From a virus, in the IMG/VR virus record IMGVR_UViG_3300045988_013921, positions 1 through 18,179 of that record: a stretch of 18,179 nucleotides of DNA. One strand, given 5' to 3'. Position numbers and translations under genes: made by a program. A model generated the notes under the pieces. It did not search any database, was not told the origin of the DNA, and saw nothing but the letters and a program-made list of their open reading frames with translations. Positions 1 through 6,204 of this stretch are shown in pieces (the first letter of the stretch is position 1; every line of letters begins with the position of its first letter).

Positions 1-38
1 GGGAGGTGTATGGATTTGTGTGAAGATTTTCCCTTGTG

Positions 39-152
39 GTTTTTTTTATTTGTATATTATTTTTTTTTGTTATGTGACGTCGTTGTCGCTTTGTTGTGTT
101 TTCTGTTCTATTATATTTTTTTCACGCCAGTTTGTCAAGTTTTTTTTATTTG
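39..152 (+). repeat. 14-bp direct repeat GTTTTTTTTATTTG at 39-52 and 139-152, exactly 100 bp apart, inside the ITR (mirrored in the right ITR)
   Basis: Read directly from the sequence. The second copy abuts the -35 box of the outward promoter and would act as an A-tract/UP-like element on that strand. Confidence 0.85.
110..138 (-). promoter_or_regulatory. Perfect consensus sigma70-type promoter firing outward toward base 1
   Basis: On the minus strand: TTGACA (133-138), a 17-nt spacer, then TATAAT (110-115). An A-rich tract lies immediately upstream of the -35. The predicted start is near 103, giving a ~100-nt run-off with no ATG. Confidence 0.55.
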
Positions 153-181
153 GGCGTGTCGTTTGTTTTCGGGCGTGTCGT
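152..181 (+). repeat. Two 11-bp direct repeats GGGCGTGTCGT (152-162 and 171-181); candidate operator or protein-binding sites
   Basis: Exact 11-mer repeated with a 19-bp period. The repeats lie between the outward ITR promoter and the inward terminal-gene promoter. The second copy covers the -35 position of the inward promoter. Confidence 0.8.
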
Positions 182-192
182 GTTTTTGTTTG

Positions 193-201
193 TGTTATAG
201 T
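193..201 (+). promoter_or_regulatory. Extended -10 promoter (TGTTATAGT) for the left terminal gene
   Basis: TG-N-TATAGT lies 34 nt upstream of the ATG at 235. The equivalent position at the right end carries TGTTATGAT. No good -35 box is present (GCGTGT, inside the 11-bp repeat). Confidence 0.45.
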
Positions 202-234
202 GTGGTTATCAACTTCAAGGGAAAGGAAAATAAA

Positions 235-480
235 ATGATGATTTCAAATATGACTCTCAAGGAAAAGAATGAACTGCTGACCATTTTGTGGGGTGACCCG
301 TCCGTGACGCTTCATGGCATCAAGGACGGTGTTACGAGTTCGATTGATCGCGATCAGGCCGTCGATGATTACGGTGTGGCCTTGCATGATTCGTATCAAT
401 TCCTTTTGCCTTATGAAACGGGTGACGGTTTGCTTCTGTTTTCTGCTGAGGATATGGAAGCGTTCGCTCGGACGTGGTAA
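235..480 (+). CDS. Hypothetical small acidic protein (81 aa); the only plus-strand gene, facing inward from the left ITR
   Basis: In-frame ATG at 235 within track ORF 10..480, preceded by GGGAAAGGAAAA (SD-like). The upstream part of that ORF is merely stop-free poly-T ITR. I count 14 D/E against 5 K/R. It ends at a bidirectional terminator shared with the convergent endolysin gene. Confidence 0.6.
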   Translation: MMISNMTLKEKNELLTILWGDPSVTLHGIKDGVTSSIDRDQAVDDYGVALHDSYQFLLPYETGDGLLLFSAEDMEAFARTW

Positions 481-481
481 T

Positions 482-520
482 AAATAAGCCCCTAGGTGAG
501 TAACCTAGGGGCTTATTTTA
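482..520. terminator. Bidirectional intrinsic terminator between convergent genes
   Basis: 15-bp perfect stem (482-496 pairs with 504-518; core AAGCCCCTAGG/CCTAGGGGCTT) with a 7-nt loop TGAGTAA. T-rich sequence follows the stem on both strands. Confidence 0.85.
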
Positions 521-530
521 TGCTGTCATG

Positions 531-1208
531 TTAGGCGAATACGAGGTACCATGCTGATTTATCGGCTGGTGCGAGTGCGACGTATCGTGTTGCGCCTGAC
601 CCGCCAGTGTAGTGTGCCCAAATGTATCCGTCTGCGATTACACCGCCTTCTGCGAGGTTGACGGTTTGTCCGTAGTGGTATTGTGCGACTACTTGTGCTG
701 AGGTGGATGGTGCTGATCGTACGTTGAGCGTATCGACGTTGACCTTGTAGGTTCGTGGGATGATGGTTACATTATTGTTGTTTGGTGCGGGTGCTGGTGC
801 GCTTGTCGAGCGTGGGTGGAAGTAGCCGATGATTCCGGCCTTGCTGATTGTGACGTATCCGGCCTTATTTGGATTTTGGCTCATGGTGTTAAGGGTGCCG
901 TTGCCGTTGTCTCGTACTACGATGGCGACGTGGTTCATGCCGTTGCCGTTCCAAAATGCCACGTCACCGTAGGTTGGCGTGTAGTTGCCTGCTTCGCGGG
1001 TGAAAGCGTTTTGCAATGCTTGGGAGCGATCGTATCGTGCGGTGTAGACGCTTGCCGCGTATCCGTCTACCGTGTTGGTGTCGGCTATTGGAATGCCGTA
1101 CACGTATTGTGCGTAGGAACTCCATAAGTCCCAGCATTGCCCTCCATATGCTAGGTCTATGTCAATGGTTTTACCGTTGACTGAGTTCATCCAGTCTTGA
1201 ATGTTCAT
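531..1208 (-). CDS. Endolysin: N-terminal CHAP-type peptidase/amidase plus C-terminal SH3b-like wall-binding domain
   Basis: Cys/His signature GGQCWDLW ... NHVAIV, an APAPAPNNNN linker, and a C-terminal region NVRSAPSTSAQVV...GYIWAHY typical of SH3b. It directly follows the holin. SD GAAGGAAA lies upstream of the ATG. Confidence 0.85.
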   Translation of the reverse strand: MNIQDWMNSVNGKTIDIDLAYGGQCWDLWSSYAQYVYGIPIADTNTVDGYAASVYTARYDRSQALQNAFTREAGNYTPTYGDVAFWNGNGMNHVAIVVRDNGNGTLNTMSQNPNKAGYVTISKAGIIGYFHPRSTSAPAPAPNNNNVTIIPRTYKVNVDTLNVRSAPSTSAQVVAQYHYGQTVNLAEGGVIADGYIWAHYTGGSGATRYVALAPADKSAWYLVFA

Positions 1209-1209
1209 G

Positions 1210-1581
1210 TTAGTTTTCCTTCTTATGTTTGGGGGTATCGGTTTGTGCGAATACGTTCATGAATGGTGCATCCGCTAGCTCGGGGTTGATGGCGGTGATG
1301 TTTTCGAGGATTGAGGTGAGTTCGATGAGGCTAATGCCGCCGACTGTGCATACGAATACGCTTACCGGTAGTCCGAGATCTACGTGTAAGTTGATCATGT
1401 CCACGAAATATGCCACCAAAGTGAGCATGAGGTATGCGAACTTGTGCCATAAGCCTTCTCGCATTTTTTGCGAACTGAGCGTATCGTTGAGTATGGCTTT
1501 GGCAAGTCCGGTAACGTAGTCTACGATGATGAAAAAGACTACCGCGAACACGCACCATACGTCGGTTGTGGTCATTGTCAT
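1210..1581 (-). CDS. Holin (three predicted TM helices)
   Basis: 123 aa with three hydrophobic segments and a charged tail (TDTPKHKKEN). The motif DYVTGLAKAI..SSQKMREGLWHK resembles the TcdE/phage_holin_4 family as I remember it. An AGGAGA SD is present. The gene lies immediately upstream of the endolysin. Confidence 0.75.
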   Translation of the reverse strand: MTMTTTDVWCVFAVVFFIIVDYVTGLAKAILNDTLSSQKMREGLWHKFAYLMLTLVAYFVDMINLHVDLGLPVSVFVCTVGGISLIELTSILENITAINPELADAPFMNVFAQTDTPKHKKEN

Positions 1582-1593
1582 TACTATTGTCTC

Positions 1594-2661
1594 CTATTTT
1601 CCTAACAATTCGCCGATGATCAGCCCAAAATCGGCTTTTACCTGTGAATCGTCGAATCTTATCTTACCCAGTCGGTAGCCGGTGGTGAGCCGTCTTACAA
1701 TATCATCTGATTTTTTGACATACCATGTTTTTTCGTCAACGTGATTGGGGTCTAACGTGTAAACCGGCCTAGTGTTGTCCTTGGGGATACGTCGTGAAAC
1801 ATATTGTGAAACGTGCCCGTCACGTTCCGAGATGGAAACCCATATGCCGAAACGTGCGTAATCGGTAGTATCCAAAATGTAAGACAACTCCCCGTCTGTA
1901 GGAATGGGTGCTAGCAGCGTGTCCGATTCGTCTCTAAACTTGTTTCTGATCGCGTAATCCGCGTAATCCCCGTCGTACTGTTCCAAAAATCTACCAAACT
2001 TTGACTTGGCGACTTTCGCGCTGAATCCGCCATAATCAGCCAATTCCAAGCATACGAACCCGCCACAGTACAGCTTGTATTGCTGCTGGTTAGCTTGTTG
2101 TGCGCCAATGTCAAGCCGGTATTTCGCGAAATAGGGGTTCGCTTTTTGCACGGCATTGGAGAGGAACAGTACTTTTGTCCTATCTTGCCATCTGTCAACG
2201 GTGTTGTAAAATTCGGAAAACGAGTTTACCTCATTGCTTAAAAATCTGAGGTTGTCGGGAAAGATTTCGTCAAAAATAATCAAGTGTACTTTAGGGTAGG
2301 CCACCGACTTCAGCCCGCCAGCTTGTGAGAGCGCTACGAAATAGCAGCATGTGCGCCAATCTTTTTCATCCCACGACGTCTTATGCACTTGCCCCTTTTC
2401 GCCATTCACACGAAACTCATAGGAAGGGAAAAACTCTTGGATATCCTTGAAAAACGTTTCCTTACGGTGCTGTTCTATGTCAGTGCGACGAAGATAAATA
2501 AATTCATGGCCGTTTTTAATATACTCTTTAATACCGTATCGTTTTGCGGCGAAAGTTTTGCCGAGGCCGCGTGCGCCGATAATGAAATTCCATGGCGCGT
2601 TTCTGGTGAGCAGATTGTGCAGATCGTAGTAATCGTCTTCGGCCAATGTCTGCAATGCCAT
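1594..2661 (-). CDS. DNA encapsidation (packaging) ATPase, phi29 gp16-like
   Basis: Strong by-eye match to phi29 gp16: NFIIGARGLGKTF (Walker A), FIYLRR, LIIFDEIF (Walker B), LSNAV..NPYF, VYTLDP and RFDD near the C-terminus. A GGAGGTG SD lies upstream. Confidence 0.93.
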   Translation of the reverse strand: MALQTLAEDDYYDLHNLLTRNAPWNFIIGARGLGKTFAAKRYGIKEYIKNGHEFIYLRRTDIEQHRKETFFKDIQEFFPSYEFRVNGEKGQVHKTSWDEKDWRTCCYFVALSQAGGLKSVAYPKVHLIIFDEIFPDNLRFLSNEVNSFSEFYNTVDRWQDRTKVLFLSNAVQKANPYFAKYRLDIGAQQANQQQYKLYCGGFVCLELADYGGFSAKVAKSKFGRFLEQYDGDYADYAIRNKFRDESDTLLAPIPTDGELSYILDTTDYARFGIWVSISERDGHVSQYVSRRIPKDNTRPVYTLDPNHVDEKTWYVKKSDDIVRRLTTGYRLGKIRFDDSQVKADFGLIIGELLGK

Positions 2662-2771
2662 ATGCTCACCTCCATTATGAATAATGGGGGGTATGACGTC
2701 ATGACCACCGCCATACTCCCCGCTATAGTTACGGTCGGCTCAAGGGAAGTCATCACATGCCGACATCAATT

Positions 2772-2780
2772 ATTATACCA
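2772..2780 (-). promoter_or_regulatory. Extended -10 promoter TGGTATAAT upstream of the ATPase-holin-endolysin cassette
   Basis: Exact TGNTATAAT on the minus strand inside the 123-bp intergenic gap, about 110 nt upstream of the ATPase start. Confidence 0.55.
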
Positions 2781-2784
2781 CAAT

Positions 2785-3999
2785 TTAAAATGCGGGCGGA
2801 TTCGATCTACCATCCCACACGGTCAGTAACGAATATGCCTGATTATACCGGCTCACGTATGGCTGGAACGGGTACGTGCTCAAAATATTGTTTTTGAGCT
2901 GCGCGAGATTCGACGCTTTCGGCACCTTGAGTGCATTGGCCGGCGATTGATGATATGCGGTAACCCACAAAATCTGCATTTTATCATCATCATACTCCTG
3001 TGGATAGCCTACGTAGTCTTCTGCAAACTGCCTGCGCTGCCCCTCATGCGACTCGCTACGTCGTGCCCACGTTTGGAATGCCGTAGCTTCCGCCGAAGTG
3101 AGCGGTCGGGTAAAATCACCCCCCAATTCCATAAGTCCAGCAATCTCGGGAGCTGAAGACTTGAATGCAGCATAGCCGGTAGGGTCAGCCTCACGCATCT
3201 TATTGAGCACTTGCAAGCGTCGTCCGAAACTCCACTGCGCAATACCGATGCCTTGGAGATTGGCCGCTTCCACCGCATCCCATTGCAGACTGGACTCCAC
3301 CGTACCGACAACGTAGAGCGCATACGAGTTTTCCGGCGACGTCGAACTGGACGGGTACCCTTGCCCTTGCGAGTCGGACGGTTGCCTCTGTGATGCCTTT
3401 TCGGAAAAATTGTTGGCCGTTGTCTTGTAAAAAATACGGGTGCGTGCCCCGCTATTATCCGTCTCGTGCAAGTATAGGTTGTCGCCTTGCCAGTGTATCC
3501 ACGCCCCACCCCGTCCGGTGTCGGGGTGTCCTTGGTTGTTGTCGCCGGTGGGATTGTCCACGTCCGGCTTAGGCATGGTACGGGGATGCAGATAGCCTAA
3601 CAGTCCGTCGATTGGAAACCATTTGAGCGCGCTTGCGTCCGGATTTTGCGTGATCACGTAGATTCTGCCGTCTTTTACCCCATCATTGCCGGCGACTATG
3701 GCAACATGCGTGTAGGGGGTGTACGTGCCGTACCCCCATATTGCCACGTCGCCTGCCACTGGCGAGTATCCGCTTGCGGGGGTTCGTTCGTACACCTGTT
3801 CGCACCGTGCGGATACGGGGTATGACGTGTACAAGCCTCCCGCATAGCCGGTAGGGGTAATGCAATCCTGAATGGACATGCCGTACATGTCCATACTGTA
3901 TTTAGCCCACAAGTCCCAGCATTGCGCGCCATACATACCGTCCATGTCCCAAAAACGTCCTTGGGTCTGTTTTATCCAATCATTAAAAGTAATAGCCAT
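2785..3999 (-). CDS. Virion (tail)-associated peptidoglycan hydrolase: N-terminal CHAP plus C-terminal lysozyme/transglycosylase-like domain (phi29 gp13 position)
   Basis: The N-terminus (GAQCWDLW ... THVAIV ... GYLHPR) is paralogous to the endolysin CHAP domain. The C-terminus has VESSLQWDAVE...GIGIAQWSFGRR, resembling ES-type lytic transglycosylase or phage tail lysozyme motifs. It lies between the fibre and packaging genes, as gp13 does. Confidence 0.7.
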   Translation of the reverse strand: MAITFNDWIKQTQGRFWDMDGMYGAQCWDLWAKYSMDMYGMSIQDCITPTGYAGGLYTSYPVSARCEQVYERTPASGYSPVAGDVAIWGYGTYTPYTHVAIVAGNDGVKDGRIYVITQNPDASALKWFPIDGLLGYLHPRTMPKPDVDNPTGDNNQGHPDTGRGGAWIHWQGDNLYLHETDNSGARTRIFYKTTANNFSEKASQRQPSDSQGQGYPSSSTSPENSYALYVVGTVESSLQWDAVEAANLQGIGIAQWSFGRRLQVLNKMREADPTGYAAFKSSAPEIAGLMELGGDFTRPLTSAEATAFQTWARRSESHEGQRRQFAEDYVGYPQEYDDDKMQILWVTAYHQSPANALKVPKASNLAQLKNNILSTYPFQPYVSRYNQAYSLLTVWDGRSNPPAF

Positions 4000-4025
4000 A
4001 CACTAAGTATAGTGTATGGCTATTA
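3990..4025 (-). promoter_or_regulatory. 15-bp perfect hairpin covering the start codon of the tail lysin (attenuator or translational occlusion)
   Basis: TAATAGCCATACACT (3990-4004) pairs with AGTGTATGGCTATTA (4011-4025), with a 6-nt loop. On the minus-strand RNA the 3' arm contains the ATG (3997-3999) and is followed by CUUUUAAU. No SD is visible upstream. Confidence 0.6.
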
Positions 4026-4033
4026 GCTATATG

Positions 4034-5491
4034 TCAGGCTGCGTAGGATGCCATATAGCTTGCATTGCCCTGATTCGAGGTGGTTGGATTGAAAATACCC
4101 CATTCACCGTTAGACTGGATAAAAGATAGCGTGGGCTGTGTGGTATTGCCACCGGTGACTATCCATGCCCAAATGTTGTGTCGCGGTTTCGCCCAACCGG
4201 CCAGCTGACCGCCCTTGCCTGCGCCGATCGACGGAATCTGACCTTGCCCGTCCGCAACGATAAGGCCGTTTTGCAGCTTGAACTCCACATGCATGTCGCC
4301 GAGCATGGAGACAGCGTATTCCTGTCTGCCGCGGTAACTGTCACGGCAAGCCGTATACAGGTATTTTGCAATGACCTTTGCCCCCGTCTCGTTAGGGTGA
4401 ATGTCACCCGATGGGAACCAACCGGTCTCGCCCTTGCACCACACGTAGGCGCTATCGGCCACCACCACACGATGATTGCCCAAACCGCCAGCGATCGCAC
4501 CGTTGAACAATCCGCTATATTTATTCATGCCATCTTCGCCGAGCGTGGCGTGGTCGAACAGCATGGGGGCAATCACGATGATCGCGTTCGGGAACGCTGC
4601 GATCATTGCCGACACAACCTCACGTGCTTTCGATAATCCGGTGCCATAGTTCAGAATGTCGTTGCGGCCACCTGCGCAGACGGCAACCTTGACCTTGGAC
4701 TTATCCACGGTGGTATCGGAGACGCAGTTTGCAATCTGCTGAGCAAAAGTGGGAATTCCGGACACATTGAAGCCTGCACCGGCTTTCGCATAGTTTTTCC
4801 ACGTCAATTCGGGAAGCATGGTGGACAATTGGTATGACCACGTACGCTCGCGAGTGTTATCCGCATAGGAATCTCCGAATGTTACGAGATATCCGGCAGA
4901 ATATTGCGCCTGACCCAATTTTTCCTTGATCGATGCAATCTGTGCCGCGTTGGTGGAAACCGACGAAGACAATGTGGCAATGTCCGTAGTGTTTTTATCC
5001 CACTTGTTTTTCGCAGCGGTGGCATTATCGGTGGAATCCGCGCCGAGCGCATCGAGGATATCCCTGTTCGAGTCGGCTTTTCCGATGGCGGCTGTGGCGT
5101 CCGTTCCGGCCTTATCCCACTTGGCTTTGTTCGCGGCTGCGTGTGCGGTGGTGTCGGCTCCCAATGCGGTGAGAATAGCGGTATTCTCATTGGCTTTTCC
5201 GACTGCTGAAGCGGCGTCGGTCATTGCTTCAACGGAGTCCGTGCCGGCTTTGTCCCACTTGGCTTTCGCAGCGGTCGCAGCATCCACCGTATTGTCGCCA
5301 AGCAGTGCCTTCGTGACTTCCTCATCATGCGTTTCACGCGATTCAACCGATTCGATGCGGTTCAAATGTTTTTCGAGCGTATCGTCAATGGTGCGCATGG
5401 AATCGTTGTATCCGTCGCGTAGGTCGGCGGGGTCGTTGTCACCGTACAGGTTCAGGCTGTAATTGTCGGTTTTATCGTAAATGGCGCTCAT
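4034..5491 (-). CDS. Tail fibre / appendage protein with SGNH (GDSL-type) esterase domain
   Basis: The N-terminal anchor-like motif is LYGDNDPADLRDGYNDSMRTID followed by a coiled coil. Three tandem ~40-aa repeats are centred on KWDK (residues ~68-192). SGNH blocks are FGDSYADN, GGRNDI and DIHPNETG. A strong AAGGAG SD is present. It occupies the phi29 gp12 position. Confidence 0.75.
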   Translation of the reverse strand: MSAIYDKTDNYSLNLYGDNDPADLRDGYNDSMRTIDDTLEKHLNRIESVESRETHDEEVTKALLGDNTVDAATAAKAKWDKAGTDSVEAMTDAASAVGKANENTAILTALGADTTAHAAANKAKWDKAGTDATAAIGKADSNRDILDALGADSTDNATAAKNKWDKNTTDIATLSSSVSTNAAQIASIKEKLGQAQYSAGYLVTFGDSYADNTRERTWSYQLSTMLPELTWKNYAKAGAGFNVSGIPTFAQQIANCVSDTTVDKSKVKVAVCAGGRNDILNYGTGLSKAREVVSAMIAAFPNAIIVIAPMLFDHATLGEDGMNKYSGLFNGAIAGGLGNHRVVVADSAYVWCKGETGWFPSGDIHPNETGAKVIAKYLYTACRDSYRGRQEYAVSMLGDMHVEFKLQNGLIVADGQGQIPSIGAGKGGQLAGWAKPRHNIWAWIVTGGNTTQPTLSFIQSNGEWGIFNPTTSNQGNASYMASYAA

Positions 5492-5654
5492 TGGTTATCT
5501 CCTTTGCTTCGCGGATAAGGGTTTCCAGCTGGTTGATTTTTTTATCGAGAATACGCATTGCCTCATTGTACCCATCCCGCAAGTCCATAGGCGTATCGTC
5601 CGCATAGAGGGGTAGTGCGAGGTGTCGTGTCCTCTTGTATGCGTCATTGTTCAT
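5472..5654 (-). CDS. 60-aa protein paralogous to the N-terminal anchor and coiled coil of the fibre
   Basis: LPLYADDTPMDLRDGYNEAMRILDKKINQLE compares with fibre LNLYGDNDPADLRDGYNDSMRTIDDTLEKHLN. It overlaps the upstream gene by 11 nt and the fibre gene by 20 nt. The SD is weak. Confidence 0.5.
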   Translation of the reverse strand: MNNDAYKRTRHLALPLYADDTPMDLRDGYNEAMRILDKKINQLETLIREAKEITNERHLR

Positions 5655-6171
5655 TGTTGTTCGTTCTTTCTCGTGGGGTGACCCTCGGCTCTTCGTTTCC
5701 GAAAATCTCTCGATTGCCTACAACCGCCCATGTGATGCAGTCATGTTGCGCGGCCTGGGCTGCGGTCATGGTTGCCATCTGGTTCACCCGTGCGCCGAAT
5801 ACGGCCAGTTCTCGGTACATGTCACGATCGGTGTTTTTGGAATCCTCATACCGTCCCGTGGTCGGATTATAGGTGATCGCCGACGCCTGATACTGGTCCA
5901 CCTTTTTCGCAAGATCGTCCAAGGCGGTATCAACCGAGGTTTTCCATGCTGCGATTCCGGCGAGAACCTTATTGATGGCTTCGATGTCCGCGTTTTCATC
6001 CTTGGCGAGATTGTCCAACTGCTCGCGCAGTTCGTTCAAGTGGTCGGCCACTTCCTGCACGTATCCGAGTACGGTGAGCGTATCGCGATAGCCAAAGGGC
6101 TGTACGGTGGTGAAATACCGTTGTCGCGGGTCGATATCCAAGGGGGCGGCGCACACGTTGATTCCGTCCAT
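5644..6171 (-). CDS. Putative tail/appendage-associated structural protein with coiled coil (175 aa)
   Basis: ATG at 6171 preceded by GGAGG, which I prefer to the TTG at 6192 used by the track ORF. The heptad-like region is VQEVADHLNELREQLDNLAKDENADIEAINKVL. It lies between the lower collar and the fibre. Confidence 0.5.
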   Translation of the reverse strand: MDGINVCAAPLDIDPRQRYFTTVQPFGYRDTLTVLGYVQEVADHLNELREQLDNLAKDENADIEAINKVLAGIAAWKTSVDTALDDLAKKVDQYQASAITYNPTTGRYEDSKNTDRDMYRELAVFGARVNQMATMTAAQAAQHDCITWAVVGNREIFGNEEPRVTPRERTNNNEQ

Positions 6172-6204
6172 ATATCCTCCAATCTTTCTCAAATCAAGTA
6201 TACT

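Larger units (their letters stand above)
1..181. repeat. Left inverted terminal repeat (ITR), 181 bp perfect
   Basis: Bases 1-181 are the exact reverse complement of 17999-18179, compared base by base. The first mismatch is at 182. This is why track ORFs 20..238 and 17567..18160 share an identical 54-aa N-terminus. The repeat is very T-rich with long T-runs and starts GGGAGG. Related but degenerate sequence continues to about 240. Confidence 0.97.

Noticed and set aside
10-234. Long ORFs running through the left ITR (10..480 N-terminal part and 20..238), and the mirror extension 17948..18160 of ORF 17567..18160
   Set aside because: They are F/L/C/V-rich translations of stop-free poly-T ITR sequence, identical at both ends only because of the repeat. 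Credible starts with SD sequences lie at 235 and 17947.
2693-2702. 10-bp palindrome ATGACGTCAT, with the neighbouring CCATTAT..ATAATGG inverted repeat, in the ATPase leader as an operator
   Set aside because: It is a single short palindrome with no second copy elsewhere; the ITR has only GACGTC. It is too weak to call a binding site without comparative data.
5472-5491. Programmed frameshift fusing the 60-aa ORF to the fibre gene
   Set aside because: There is no slippery heptamer or downstream structure in the 20-nt overlap. The fibre has its own strong AAGGAG SD and ATG. A fusion would duplicate the same N-terminal motif in tandem.
6172-6192. TTG start at 6192 for the 182-aa track ORF, and GTG start at 7964 for the connector
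   Set aside because: In both cases a downstream ATG (6171 and 7958) has a properly placed SD that would otherwise lie inside the coding sequence. The longer forms are not excluded, but I do not prefer them.
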